Source: Gemmatimonadales bacterium
GTDB lineage: Bacteria; Gemmatimonadota; Gemmatimonadetes; Gemmatimonadales; GWC2-71-9
Assembly: GCA_041577295.1 (NCBI GenBank)
Contig: JBFGJG010000040.1
Coordinates: 1-39,823 of the forward strand
Direction: 5' to 3'
DNA: 39,823 nt
How positions within the stretch are numbered: position 1 is the first letter of the stretch; each line of letters begins with the position of its first letter. The notes beneath the pieces are model-generated. The model searched no databases. It saw only the letters and a program-made list of their open reading frames with translations, and was not told where the DNA came from. Positions 11,669-21,146 of the stretch are shown here, one piece after another. The translations under genes and the position numbers were made by a program.

Positions 11669-13066
11669 ATGCAAGACACGATCAAGGCACTAACCGAGGC
11701 GGTACGAGGGCGTGTCATCATCCCCTCCGACCGTGACTACGATGACGCTCGCGCTGTCTACAATGCGATGCACGACCGCAAACCCCGCGCGGTCATGCAG
11801 TGCGTGGATGCGGCCGACGTGATGGCTGTGATTGCCGCCGCCCGTGACGGAGGTCTCGACCTGGCCATTCGGGGCGGGGGCCACAGCGTCCCCGGATTCG
11901 GCACGGTGGACGACGGCCTGGTGATTGACCTGTCGAGGATGAACAGCGTGAGGGTCGATCCAGCCAAGAAGGTCGCGCGGGTCGGAGGCGGCGCGACGTT
12001 GGGTGATGTCGACCACGCGACCTACCCCTTCGGGTTGGCCGCTCCCGGCGGCGTCGTTTCCACGACCGGCGTCGGTGGCCTCACACTGGGTGGCGGACTC
12101 GGCTACCTGACCCGCAGCGTCGGGCTCACCATCGACAACCTGCTCTCGGCCGATGTCGTCCTTGCCGATGGCCGGCAGGTCACGGCGAGCGATTACCAAA
12201 ACGAAGATCTCTTCTGGGCCTTGCGCGGCGGCGGCGGCAACTTCGGTGTCGTCACCAGCTTCGAGTTCCAGCTCCACGAGGTGGGTGACGTCGTGGGCGG
12301 TCCCCTGTTCTACGAGTTTGATGACGCCGCCGCGGTTCTCGAGGGCTACCGCGAATACATTGCCCAAGCGCCGGAACAGCTCGGGTGCTTCTTTGGCTGG
12401 CAGATCGCTCCTCCCCTGCCGTTTATCCCCGAGAACCGGGTCGGCGATCTGTTCTGTGTCCTGGTCTGTTGCTGGAACGGTCCGCACGAGCAGGCCGAGC
12501 GCGTCCTCCGGCCACTACGCGACGCGGCCGAGGTGAAGGCGGAGAACGTGGGCGTGATACCCTTCCCCGCCCTGCAAAGCGCATTCGACGGTCTGGTCCC
12601 AAAGGGCATGCAGCATTACTGGAAAGCGGACTTCATCACCGAGCTCACCGACGAGGCAATCGCAGCTCACATCGAGCATGGCAAGAAGACGCCGCACATC
12701 AGCTCGAGCATGCATCTCCATGCGATCAACGGTGCGGCTCAACGGGTCGGCGCGGACGAGACCGCCTTCGGACATCGGGACAAGAACTTTGCCCCTGTGA
12801 TCGTGGGGATTTGGGACGACCCTGCCGACAACGAGGCCAACATCAAGTGGGTGAAGGACTACTACGCAGCGATTCATCCCCACTCGGGCACCGAGGGCGG
12901 CTACGTCAACTTCATGTCCAGCGACGACGACCACCGCGCGGCGGCAAACTATGGCGTGAACTACGAGCGGCTCGCAGCAGTGAAAGCAACCTATGATCCG
13001 GACAACCTCTTCCACGTCAACCAGAATATCGCTCCGGCGACTGGCGGAGTGGGGGTGAGACATTGA
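11669..13066 (+). CDS. FAD-binding oxidoreductase (VAO/berberine-bridge family)
   Basis: 'RGGGHS' covalent-FAD motif, 'FWALRGGGGNFGVVT', C-terminal 'YVNF...YDPDNLF'; AAGGAG RBS. Confidence 0.93.
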   Translation: MQDTIKALTEAVRGRVIIPSDRDYDDARAVYNAMHDRKPRAVMQCVDAADVMAVIAAARDGGLDLAIRGGGHSVPGFGTVDDGLVIDLSRMNSVRVDPAKKVARVGGGATLGDVDHATYPFGLAAPGGVVSTTGVGGLTLGGGLGYLTRSVGLTIDNLLSADVVLADGRQVTASDYQNEDLFWALRGGGGNFGVVTSFEFQLHEVGDVVGGPLFYEFDDAAAVLEGYREYIAQAPEQLGCFFGWQIAPPLPFIPENRVGDLFCVLVCCWNGPHEQAERVLRPLRDAAEVKAENVGVIPFPALQSAFDGLVPKGMQHYWKADFITELTDEAIAAHIEHGKKTPHISSSMHLHAINGAAQRVGADETAFGHRDKNFAPVIVGIWDDPADNEANIKWVKDYYAAIHPHSGTEGGYVNFMSSDDDHRAAANYGVNYERLAAVKATYDPDNLFHVNQNIAPATGGVGVRH

Positions 13067-13103
13067 GAACGACCGTTTACGCCTTCTCTGTAGGAGGACT
13101 ACG

Positions 13104-13892
13104 ATGCACCGATACCACCTTACGAATGGTGTGGCGGTAGTCGCCACCATCCTCAGTGCATGCGGGAGGGAAGTTCCTATTGTCGAGTTGGAGGGCGATT
13201 GCGCGGAGGCGTACGAGGCGCAGGTTTGCACCTGGGCGCGGATGCAGGGGACGACGGTCCTCGCGGTTGGCGTGACCGTCCCGCTGGCCAGCATCGAGAA
13301 TGCACCGGACGATCAGCATATGGTCTGGCCACCGGCCGTAACCGCCACCTTGGGAATGCCGGAATCGTCCCAACAGCAGGCTGGGCTTACCGAGCTCACC
13401 TTCTTCTGGGAGGCGCATGGACATCCGCCGGGTCCGTACCTGACGCCGCACTTTGACTTTCATTTCTATACGATCCCGCCGGCGGAGCGGGCAGCCATTG
13501 ACTGCACCGATGAGACCAAGCCGTCCGTTCTGCCCGTGGGTTACAGTCTGCCCGACGTGACACTGCCACCTCCTCTGGCCGAGATGGCCGGCGAGAGCAT
13601 CCTGATTGGCCTTTGTGTTCAGCAAATGGGGATGCACTCCTTGTTGACCTCCGAGTTGGAGAGCACGGACGCGTTTCGCGGCAGCATGGTCATCGGCTAT
13701 TACCACGGCACGCCGATCTTCATCGAGCCCATGGTCACGCGCGCGCTGCTGCTGGAGAAGCGCTCGTTCGATCTGCCCATCCCACGCCTCCCCGGAATGT
13801 CCGGCGTATACCCAAGGACCTTCCAGGCGGAGTACGATGCGCAACAGCAGGTCTATTACTTTGAGTTCTCCGACTTTGCGGCGGACGCATAG
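13104..13892 (+). CDS. Lipoprotein, DUF5602/TTHB210-like
   Basis: Lipobox 'LSAC'; 'HGHPPGPYLTPHFDFHFY', 'MGMH', 'IFIEPMVT'; AGGAGG RBS. Confidence 0.7.
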   Translation: MHRYHLTNGVAVVATILSACGREVPIVELEGDCAEAYEAQVCTWARMQGTTVLAVGVTVPLASIENAPDDQHMVWPPAVTATLGMPESSQQQAGLTELTFFWEAHGHPPGPYLTPHFDFHFYTIPPAERAAIDCTDETKPSVLPVGYSLPDVTLPPPLAEMAGESILIGLCVQQMGMHSLLTSELESTDAFRGSMVIGYYHGTPIFIEPMVTRALLLEKRSFDLPIPRLPGMSGVYPRTFQAEYDAQQQVYYFEFSDFAADA

Positions 13893-13992
13893 CTTCGCGA
13901 GGTCGGAACCGAAGGCGGGTTTGCCCTGTTCGCTGAGCGAAATGCGCCTCGGGCCACGAGGTGACACACGATTCTCCGACGGGAGTGGTGAT

Positions 13993-14322
13993 GTGGCGAG
14001 TGACCAGGCGTTCGTAGAGTTCGTCGCAGATCAGCTCAGTGATGCGTGTGACGCTTCCTACCGCAAGATGTTTGGCGAATATGCGCTCTACTCCAAAGGC
14101 AAAGTCGTGGCTCTGATCTGTGACAATCAGCTCTTCGTGAAGCCCACGGAGGCCGGCCGATCGTTCATTGGAGATGTCGTCGAGGCGCAACCGTACCCTG
14201 GAGCCAAACCCGCCTTCCTTATCCAGGATCGGCTCGAGGACCGCGAATGGCTCACGCAGCTGATCGTGTTGACGGAACGGGCGTTGCCGAGGCCCAAGCC
14301 AAAGAAGAAACGGAAGGGTTAA
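13993..14322 (+). CDS. TfoX/Sxy N-terminal domain protein
   Basis: 'YRKMFGEYALY...LICDNQLFVKPT...PYPGAKP' and Lys-rich tail; GTG start after GGGAG. Confidence 0.88.
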   Translation: MASDQAFVEFVADQLSDACDASYRKMFGEYALYSKGKVVALICDNQLFVKPTEAGRSFIGDVVEAQPYPGAKPAFLIQDRLEDREWLTQLIVLTERALPRPKPKKKRKG

Positions 14323-14339
14323 CGTCGTAGGCCACAGCG

Positions 14340-14915
14340 ATGCCGACGATCGCAAATCGCCTACACCTCTCTCCACGCCGGATGCTCCTCGATGGCCTAA
14401 TCCTCGGGACCGTCTTCACGGTCCTGGCTGTAGGATTTTTGCGGCTCGACGCTCGCCTCTGGCTCGAAGACTACCCACCGGACATTCAGGCAGCAGCGGG
14501 ATCGGTTGGTGAGGCTCCCCTTGCCTTGCGCATGGGGGCGGCCACCGTTCTGTTGGGAGCCATGCTCGGCGGCATCGTCTACTCCAACTGGCTGATGGGG
14601 CGGGAGCATGGCTGGGCCCCACGCTTCAAATCAGTATTCATTCACACGCTCGTCCTGTTCTGGATTGTGAACATCATCGATGTGCTGATCGTGGACTGGT
14701 TGGTATTCGTTACGATCCAGCCCCCTTGGGTGGTCCTTCCAGGTACCAGTGGCCTCGCAGGCTACGATGACTATTGGTTTCACTTGGACGCGAGTCTTCT
14801 CTCGTTGCAACCGTGGCTCGGTTCGATTGTTCTCGCTGTATTGATAGGGCTCGCGTTACCGCGATTCTGGAGACGCCGTGCTGGTATCGCCAGCATGCCG
14901 GCGCGGAACACCTAA
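14340..14915 (+). CDS. Membrane protein, hypothetical
   Basis: Four TM segments; 'DYPPDIQ' and 'LPGT.GLAGYDDYWFH' conserved-looking motifs. Confidence 0.75.
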   Translation: MPTIANRLHLSPRRMLLDGLILGTVFTVLAVGFLRLDARLWLEDYPPDIQAAAGSVGEAPLALRMGAATVLLGAMLGGIVYSNWLMGREHGWAPRFKSVFIHTLVLFWIVNIIDVLIVDWLVFVTIQPPWVVLPGTSGLAGYDDYWFHLDASLLSLQPWLGSIVLAVLIGLALPRFWRRRAGIASMPARNT

Positions 14916-14937
14916 CGCGCTTGTAGCGGAGGCACCA

Positions 14938-15228
14938 ATGCCGGCATACTGCCTATTCGACAATCTCGAGGTAATCGATTCCCAGAAGCTCGAGGAGTAC
15001 AAAACCCGTGTCGCTCCCGTGGTCGCACGTTTTGGCGGCCGTTACGTCGTCATGGGCGGGAGAATGGAAGTTGTAGAGGGAAGCTGGAGGCCCACGTTTC
15101 CGGTAATGCTCGAGTTTCCAAACTTGGAGCAGGCCTTACGGTGGTACAACTCCGAGGAGTACCGAGAACTCAAGGCGCTGCGCCACCAAGCGGTCAAGTG
15201 CACCGCCGTCTTTCTCGAGGGTGTTTAG
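14938..15228 (+). CDS. DUF1330 family protein
   Basis: 'FGGRYVVMGG..EVVEGSW.P...LEFP...A..WYNSEEY'; GGAGG RBS. Confidence 0.9.
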   Translation: MPAYCLFDNLEVIDSQKLEEYKTRVAPVVARFGGRYVVMGGRMEVVEGSWRPTFPVMLEFPNLEQALRWYNSEEYRELKALRHQAVKCTAVFLEGV

Positions 15229-15238
15229 GACCCTGGTG

Positions 15239-16240
15239 ATGAAATGGATCAAACGCCTCATCATTGGCAGTGGAATCGCGATAGCGGCGCTCATCGTCCT
15301 GTTGCTGGCGGTGAGCTCTGTCGTACGGCAGGTAGCGGTTCGCAGGGCAGAGCGAGATTTTCCGCCGCCCGGCCAACTCGTCGAGATCGACAATCGGCTC
15401 TCGCACATTTACTGCACCGGAAGTGGATCGCCCACGATCTTTTTGGAGTCGGGCCTCGACGACCGGGGATCGTGGGCCTGGTCACGAATTCACGACGACC
15501 TATCCCAGATCTCCAGGGTTTGTGCCTACGACCGAGCGGGCATCATCTGGAGCGAACCTCGCGATGGTCCGCGGGACGCCGTGCGGATTGCCGATGAGCT
15601 ACACACCCTTTTCAAGGCTGCCGCGGAACCGCCGCCGTACGTGATGGTTGGGCACTCGTTCGGGGCTGTGCTCGTGCGGGTCTACGACCAACGGTACCCG
15701 GGCGAGGCGATGGGTTTCGTTTTTGTGGACCCGTCGCACCCCGAGCAGCAGCGGCGGTTTCCCCCTGAGGTCCAGGAGCTCATGAGCAGGAACGGCTCGG
15801 ATCCGCGTTGGCTCTTTAGGCTCCTCGCGCCGTATCGGATCTTCACCGGCGAGCGCTCAACGCCTCGGACAGCCTACTGGTGGCGCTCTTTTCCGGAAGG
15901 CGTCCTCGCAGAAGTTGCCGCCGCGGACCTCGCTTTTGAGCAGGCGGCTCTCACTGGCTCACTGGGTGATCGCCCCCTGGTTGTGCTGACGGCCGGTCTC
16001 GCCCCGGAGATCCGCGATGTTTCCGATGAGGGGAATGCCGCCCTACACCGTGTACTTTTGGAACTGAAAGACGAGTTAGCCGAGCTTTCAACGAACTCGG
16101 ATCACCGCATCGTCAATGGCGCCGGCCACTATATCCATTGGGATCGGCCGGAGGCCGTGATCGCGGCGATCCGGGACGTGGTAACTGCCGTGCGGGAGAC
16201 CGGCCTGGTTCGGAGCGAGGTAGCGGAGAATGCGCGATAG
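15239..16240 (+). CDS. Membrane-anchored alpha/beta hydrolase
   Basis: N-terminal TM; 'YDRAG', nucleophile 'GHSFG', 'AGHYIH'. Confidence 0.9.
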   Translation: MKWIKRLIIGSGIAIAALIVLLLAVSSVVRQVAVRRAERDFPPPGQLVEIDNRLSHIYCTGSGSPTIFLESGLDDRGSWAWSRIHDDLSQISRVCAYDRAGIIWSEPRDGPRDAVRIADELHTLFKAAAEPPPYVMVGHSFGAVLVRVYDQRYPGEAMGFVFVDPSHPEQQRRFPPEVQELMSRNGSDPRWLFRLLAPYRIFTGERSTPRTAYWWRSFPEGVLAEVAAADLAFEQAALTGSLGDRPLVVLTAGLAPEIRDVSDEGNAALHRVLLELKDELAELSTNSDHRIVNGAGHYIHWDRPEAVIAAIRDVVTAVRETGLVRSEVAENAR

Positions 16241-16260
16241 CGGCATCATTACCACGAATT

Positions 16261-16755
16261 ATGGAAATCTTTCCGATTGTCTTGATCGTGGCTGCGTTCC
16301 TATGCTCGCTGGTGGCAGGCTTCCTCTTTGCGTTTGCCGTGGTGGCGATGCCCGGCATCAAGAGCCTCGGTGACCGGGAGTTCATCAGAGCCTTCCAGGT
16401 GATGGATCGAATCATCCAGAATAATCAGCCGCTCTTCATATTCGTCTGGGTTGGGTCTGTTCTTGCCTTGGTGACTGCGGCTGTCCTCGGGTTTGGGCAA
16501 GTGGATGGCGCTCACCGACTCTTCATGATCATCGCCACACTCGCCTACCTCCTCGGCGTCCAGTTGCCAACGGTCACCATTAACATCCCGCTCAATAACA
16601 AGCTACAAGCCTTGAATGTCGACGCTGAGAATGCAACCACCATTGAGGCAGCTCGTGACGACTTCGAACCGCGTTGGAACCGATGGAACGCCATCCGGAC
16701 GGCCGTCGCGATCCTGGTCTCTGCACTGTTGCTAGTGCTCCTCTTCAGACTCTGA
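16261..16755 (+). CDS. DUF1772 / anthrone oxygenase family membrane protein
   Basis: 'VAGFLFAF..VAMPG', 'NIPLNNKL', 'FEPRWNRWNAIRT'. Confidence 0.88.
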   Translation: MEIFPIVLIVAAFLCSLVAGFLFAFAVVAMPGIKSLGDREFIRAFQVMDRIIQNNQPLFIFVWVGSVLALVTAAVLGFGQVDGAHRLFMIIATLAYLLGVQLPTVTINIPLNNKLQALNVDAENATTIEAARDDFEPRWNRWNAIRTAVAILVSALLLVLLFRL

Positions 16756-16877
16756 ACATGGTGGTGTTGAATGCGTAAGTGGCGGCGGCACGCTGTCGGC
16801 TGCCGATATCGCGCGGACGAGGCGGCCAACGCGAATACGATGTTCTGAGGCCCAATCCATAGCGCGAGAAAGGAACA

Positions 16878-17339
16878 ATGACACTGCAAAACGAACCCGT
16901 GGTACGCACGCAGATGCTCATCCGGAGGAAGGTCGACCAAGTATTCGAAGCATTCGTCGACCCCGCCATCACCGAGAAATTCTGGTTCACGAAAGGCAGC
17001 GGACCCCTCGAGGAGGGAAAGCAAGTCCGTTGGGAATGGGAGATGTACGGGCTGAGCGCGACGGTCAACGTCAAGACCGTCGAACCTCATAAGAGAATCT
17101 TGATCGAGTGGAACGAACCACCTTGCCCGGTCGAGTGGCTGTTTGAGCCGCGAGCCGGCGGGACCACGCTCGTCACCATCACGAATTCAGGCTTCACCGG
17201 AAGCGATGATGAGAAGGTCGCAAAGGCACTCGACTCCATGGCAGGATTCGCTTTGTTGCTCGCGGGGCTCAAAGCGTTCCTCGAACACGATATCAACCTC
17301 AACCTCGTAGCAGATTGCCATCCTGACGGTCATCCCTAG
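16878..17339 (+). CDS. SRPBCC/AHSA1 domain protein
   Basis: 'VFEAFVDPAITEKFWF' and 'GLKAFLEH'; AAGGA RBS. Confidence 0.88.
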   Translation: MTLQNEPVVRTQMLIRRKVDQVFEAFVDPAITEKFWFTKGSGPLEEGKQVRWEWEMYGLSATVNVKTVEPHKRILIEWNEPPCPVEWLFEPRAGGTTLVTITNSGFTGSDDEKVAKALDSMAGFALLLAGLKAFLEHDINLNLVADCHPDGHP

Positions 17340-17340
17340 A

Positions 17341-19584
17341 GTGACACAAAACCTGTCGGCCTCGGACTGCGAACGGATCTCGGGTCTTTCATTGTTCGCC
17401 GACCTGCCACCGGATGCTTTGACACGGATGCTCGATGCGGCCGCCGCGAGACGCTGGGCCGCGGCCGAGCCGGTGATTCGTGAAGGCGAGGAGAGCCACG
17501 AGCTCTTCGTGATCCTCGATGGGTCGGTGCAGGTGACCGTGCGCACCGGCGCTCGTGACCTGCTGCTCGCCGAGCTCGGGCCCGGTGATCTTTTTGGCGA
17601 AGAGGGCCTCCTCTCGGGAACGGTGCGCGCAGCCACGGTCACCGCGCTCACCGAGTTGCGATGCGCGGTGCTGCCGCGTAGTGCCCTGGATTCAATGCTG
17701 GGAGATGCAACCGCATTGCGAACTGGACTCGAGGAACTCTCGGTCCGCCGGCTCCACGACCGCTTGGTCCACTCTGTGACTGCGCTTCAAGGCCTGGAGT
17801 TGGATGGCCTTCACCGCGGCGATGTCCGCCGCGTGTCGTTTGCGGCCGGCGACGTGATCCTCGAGCAAGGCGACGCCTCAGATGCCGTCTACTTCATTCT
17901 CGATGGCATTGTGCTAGCCCTGCGCGAGGGACGCGACCAGCCTGTCGCGCTGACCCGCGTCGGCTCAGGACAGTGCGTCGGTGAATTCGGCGTGCTCAAG
18001 CGCACCCCACGCTCCGCGTCGGTCGTCGCAGAGACACCGGTCGTGACGCTCCGAGTGGATGCCGATCGATTCCGCGCATGGGTCGCCACCAATCCGCGGC
18101 TCGCAGACTACCTGGGGACGCTCGAGCGGATCTACCCGCTGGCCGACGGCCGGCTCCTCTCTGTCTACCGCGTCCAGCATTTAGGGCGCGAGGCCGTGAC
18201 GACCCTCGCTGGTGATCCCGCTTCCGAATGCATCATGTCGACGAAGGTGATCGGCGAAGACATCGTCCTCCTCGCACGAGGGTCCGCGAACGCCGGGGTG
18301 GACCGCGAGATCGTGCGTTACGAGCGGCCCGGGGACGGACGAGAACGTGAGCTCGTGCTCGACTGTCTCGAACGAGGCTCGCGAGGTGAGGTCCTCAGCG
18401 CTCGCATTGACGGCGTGCAGGTCAGAGGGACCGATCTCGACGTGCCCCTGCTCTACCACGCGCTCAGAAACCGGCAGGTGATACACCAGAGAGAGATCAA
18501 ACGCTTTCGGCGAACGGGATTCCTCGGAGGGCAAACCCCGGCCGCAGACAAGCATCGGATCTGCGGCTGCTTGGGCATCGGCAAACGAGAGCTAGTGGCT
18601 GCGAGCGTCGAACACGGCAGTGACTTGGATGCGATCAGCGCGATGCTAGGGATCGGATCCGTCTGCGGAGCCTGTCTTCCGCGAGCCGCGGAAGCCATCC
18701 ACAGCCCAACACGCCTCACTGCCTCTGTCCCTGCACTCCCAACGATAGAGCGTCAGGTCAAATCGAAGTTGGTCGTGCGTCGGCCACGCATCGCATATGA
18801 CGTGAGCGCTTTGCAGCAACTTTCCGCCGAGCCGCAAATTCACGCACTGGCGGTAGCGTCCCTGTTTGCTACCATTGGCGAGCGGTTCATGGTGCAGCGC
18901 ATTGGCGCCGTGCTGCCCACGCTGACGGATCCGGTGCTGGCAGCGGATGTCGAGGTCTTTCTCGAGCAAGAGAGCCATCATATCGCCGCCCACGAGCCGT
19001 TCAACCGTTTGCTGCTGGACCACGTCTATCGCGACAATCGCGCCCTACATCGGTGCGCGCACGGAATGGTAGGTGGTGTTGATCGACTCTCCATGAGAAT
19101 GGGCCTCGCGGTGTCTGCCTACTTTGAGCACCTCGCTGATTGTGCGTTCGCGGCATTCTTGGAGGATTACTATGGGCGCAACCGGCGCTTTAGTTCTGAC
19201 CCTGCCGTGCACGACCTGATCGATCGTTCCGGCGTAGGCGCGCTCTTCCTCTGGCATGCCGGCGAAGAGATGTCGCATCGTCATGTCGCTTACGATGTGA
19301 TGCGGGCAAGCGGCGCTGGCTGGTTCACCCGCCTGGCCGCCGTGGGGTTGCTCGGGATGCAAGCCGTGCTGCTGTTCGTTCCCGCGTCCGCCACACTCTA
19401 CATGAGCACACGCCGGCAAAAACGCGCTCGCGGCTCCCGCCGGCTCACTGTCACCTTGCGCATAGCATTGTCGTCGTTCGGCCGCGGAATGCGCTTTCTC
19501 TTACCTGGCTTCCATCCAAAGAAAGAACCCTACCCCTTCTTGGCCGAGCTCGAGCAAGATTTGGCGCGCTTCCCCGAAGCGTGA
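17341..19584 (+). CDS. Fusion: 2x cyclic-nucleotide-binding + BFD-like [2Fe-2S] + ferritin-like 'metal-dependent hydrolase' domain
   Basis: 'FGEEGLL...RAATV' and 'VGEFGVL...RSASV' (cNMP); 'ICGC...GSVCGAC' (BFD); 'GERF', 'EQESHH', 'FEH', 'WHAGEEMSHRHVAYDV' (diiron-type). Confidence 0.8.
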   Translation: MTQNLSASDCERISGLSLFADLPPDALTRMLDAAAARRWAAAEPVIREGEESHELFVILDGSVQVTVRTGARDLLLAELGPGDLFGEEGLLSGTVRAATVTALTELRCAVLPRSALDSMLGDATALRTGLEELSVRRLHDRLVHSVTALQGLELDGLHRGDVRRVSFAAGDVILEQGDASDAVYFILDGIVLALREGRDQPVALTRVGSGQCVGEFGVLKRTPRSASVVAETPVVTLRVDADRFRAWVATNPRLADYLGTLERIYPLADGRLLSVYRVQHLGREAVTTLAGDPASECIMSTKVIGEDIVLLARGSANAGVDREIVRYERPGDGRERELVLDCLERGSRGEVLSARIDGVQVRGTDLDVPLLYHALRNRQVIHQREIKRFRRTGFLGGQTPAADKHRICGCLGIGKRELVAASVEHGSDLDAISAMLGIGSVCGACLPRAAEAIHSPTRLTASVPALPTIERQVKSKLVVRRPRIAYDVSALQQLSAEPQIHALAVASLFATIGERFMVQRIGAVLPTLTDPVLAADVEVFLEQESHHIAAHEPFNRLLLDHVYRDNRALHRCAHGMVGGVDRLSMRMGLAVSAYFEHLADCAFAAFLEDYYGRNRRFSSDPAVHDLIDRSGVGALFLWHAGEEMSHRHVAYDVMRASGAGWFTRLAAVGLLGMQAVLLFVPASATLYMSTRRQKRARGSRRLTVTLRIALSSFGRGMRFLLPGFHPKKEPYPFLAELEQDLARFPEA

Positions 19585-19716
19585 TGCGGCACGACCGCAT
19601 TCGCGTCGGCTTGCCGGGCCGGCCCATCGCCGTCAGGTTATCCGCACGCGGGCTCAACCGCTGAAAGCCAGCAGACGCCATGAGACAACCCATGGTCATC
19701 GCAACGAGATAGTCCG

Positions 19717-20952
19717 ATGCGCGTAGCCGTCGTTGGTGGGTCGATCGCAGGCTGCTCGGCAGCGGTCGAGCTGACTCGAGTAGGTCACGAAGTAACGGTG
19801 CTCGAGCGTTCGCGCGGCGGCTTGAAAGGTCGTGGGGCTGGAATCGGGACGCCACTCGAGACGTTCCAGACCCTGGTGGCTCGCGATCTCATCGGTGAGG
19901 CAACACCTCGCTGTGTGGTTTCCGACCATCCGCTGGTTGGTCGGAAGGACGAGAACGACCGCTACGGACACCGCGCGCTGACCCTCCCGCTCAGCATGGC
20001 CCTGCTCAACTGGGGCGACCTATGGAACCAACTCAGGGCTCGAGTGCCCAATCACGCGTATGTGGAGGGGCGAACGATCACCGGGGCAACGCAGGGGGAC
20101 CGAGAGGTCGTGGTCTCGGCGGCGGACGGCTGGAGCGACACCTACGACCTCGTGCTGTTTGCTGATGGGTACCAATCCATCGGCCGTCGCACGCTCTTCC
20201 CCGAGGCCGAGCTGTCGTATCGGGGTTACGTGCTCTGGCGTGGCGTACTCGACGAGGGACAGCTTTCCGAGAGTGGGCCGCTCGAAACCGCACTCTATCG
20301 TTTGCACTACAAGGGGCTTCCGGGCAATGCGGTGTTCTATTTCGTTCCCGGAAACAACGGGTCCACAGAGGTCGGCGAGCGGCTGGTCAATTGGGCGTGC
20401 TACTTTCCGGTGGCTGCTGAGGCCCTTCCCGAATTTCTCGTCGATAAGCACGGCAAGCGGCATGAGCATTCCCTGCCGCCGGGGTCGATGCGTAGTGCTG
20501 AGGAGAAACGACTCAAAAAGCTGATGAGCGACCACCTACCGTCCTACTTTGGCGGAATCATCAGAGATTCCCACGACACATTTGTGCAACCCATCTACGC
20601 CGGGACCGTTCCCGCCTACCTCCGGGGGCGCATGGCACTCCTGGGAGATGCAGGCGCCGTCGCCCCGCCGTTCACCGGGAGCGGTGTCTTCAAGGCCATG
20701 ATGAATGCCGTAGAGCTCGGAACGGCACTTACCGAACGGAGCTCGGTGGATGAGGCACTCAAGTCCTGGAGTGCTGAACAGACCGCACGCGGAATGCGTC
20801 TCGCTGCGCTGGGTGCGCAAATGGAGACCGCGTTCGTATGGGAAGCACCCGACTTCTCTCGGATGACAGACTCCGAGGCGCAAGCTTGGTGGAAGCGGTC
20901 AATCGCGTTCCCTGAAGAGTTCAGTTACGTGCGTTCTCAAACTCAGCGTTGA
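19717..20952 (+). CDS. FAD-dependent monooxygenase (2,6-dihydroxypyridine hydroxylase-like)
   Basis: 'VVGGSIAG', 'ADGYQS', 'YRGYVLWRG', 'LLGDAG..APPFTGSG'. Confidence 0.85.
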   Translation: MRVAVVGGSIAGCSAAVELTRVGHEVTVLERSRGGLKGRGAGIGTPLETFQTLVARDLIGEATPRCVVSDHPLVGRKDENDRYGHRALTLPLSMALLNWGDLWNQLRARVPNHAYVEGRTITGATQGDREVVVSAADGWSDTYDLVLFADGYQSIGRRTLFPEAELSYRGYVLWRGVLDEGQLSESGPLETALYRLHYKGLPGNAVFYFVPGNNGSTEVGERLVNWACYFPVAAEALPEFLVDKHGKRHEHSLPPGSMRSAEEKRLKKLMSDHLPSYFGGIIRDSHDTFVQPIYAGTVPAYLRGRMALLGDAGAVAPPFTGSGVFKAMMNAVELGTALTERSSVDEALKSWSAEQTARGMRLAALGAQMETAFVWEAPDFSRMTDSEAQAWWKRSIAFPEEFSYVRSQTQR

Positions 20953-20980
20953 TCCATGCAGAAAGCAACTGAAGAACCCG

Positions 20981-21061
20981 GTGATGGAAGTCGAGGCCAT
21001 GTCTCATGCGATCGAGGACATCGGTGAAACACCTCTCCACTCGATCTTCGTCGAACTCAAG
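20981..21061 (+). pseudogene. Probable C-terminal remnant of a cupin-type gene
   Basis: 'VMEVEAMSHAIEDIGETPLHSIFVELK' resembles the H..(E/N).G.....VELK end of small cupins; no N-terminal half. Confidence 0.45.
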
Positions 21062-21146
21062 CCTGCATCCGGAGAAGCCCGAGCCACCCGTGTCGCTCGC
21101 AGCGTCGCCGAAGGGCAAACGCGAGCAGTAGGCCGCACCCGAGAGC

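Noticed and set aside
8562..12487. Several minus-strand ORFs of 260-310 aa
   Set aside because: Antisense shadows of the regulator and FAD oxidase genes.
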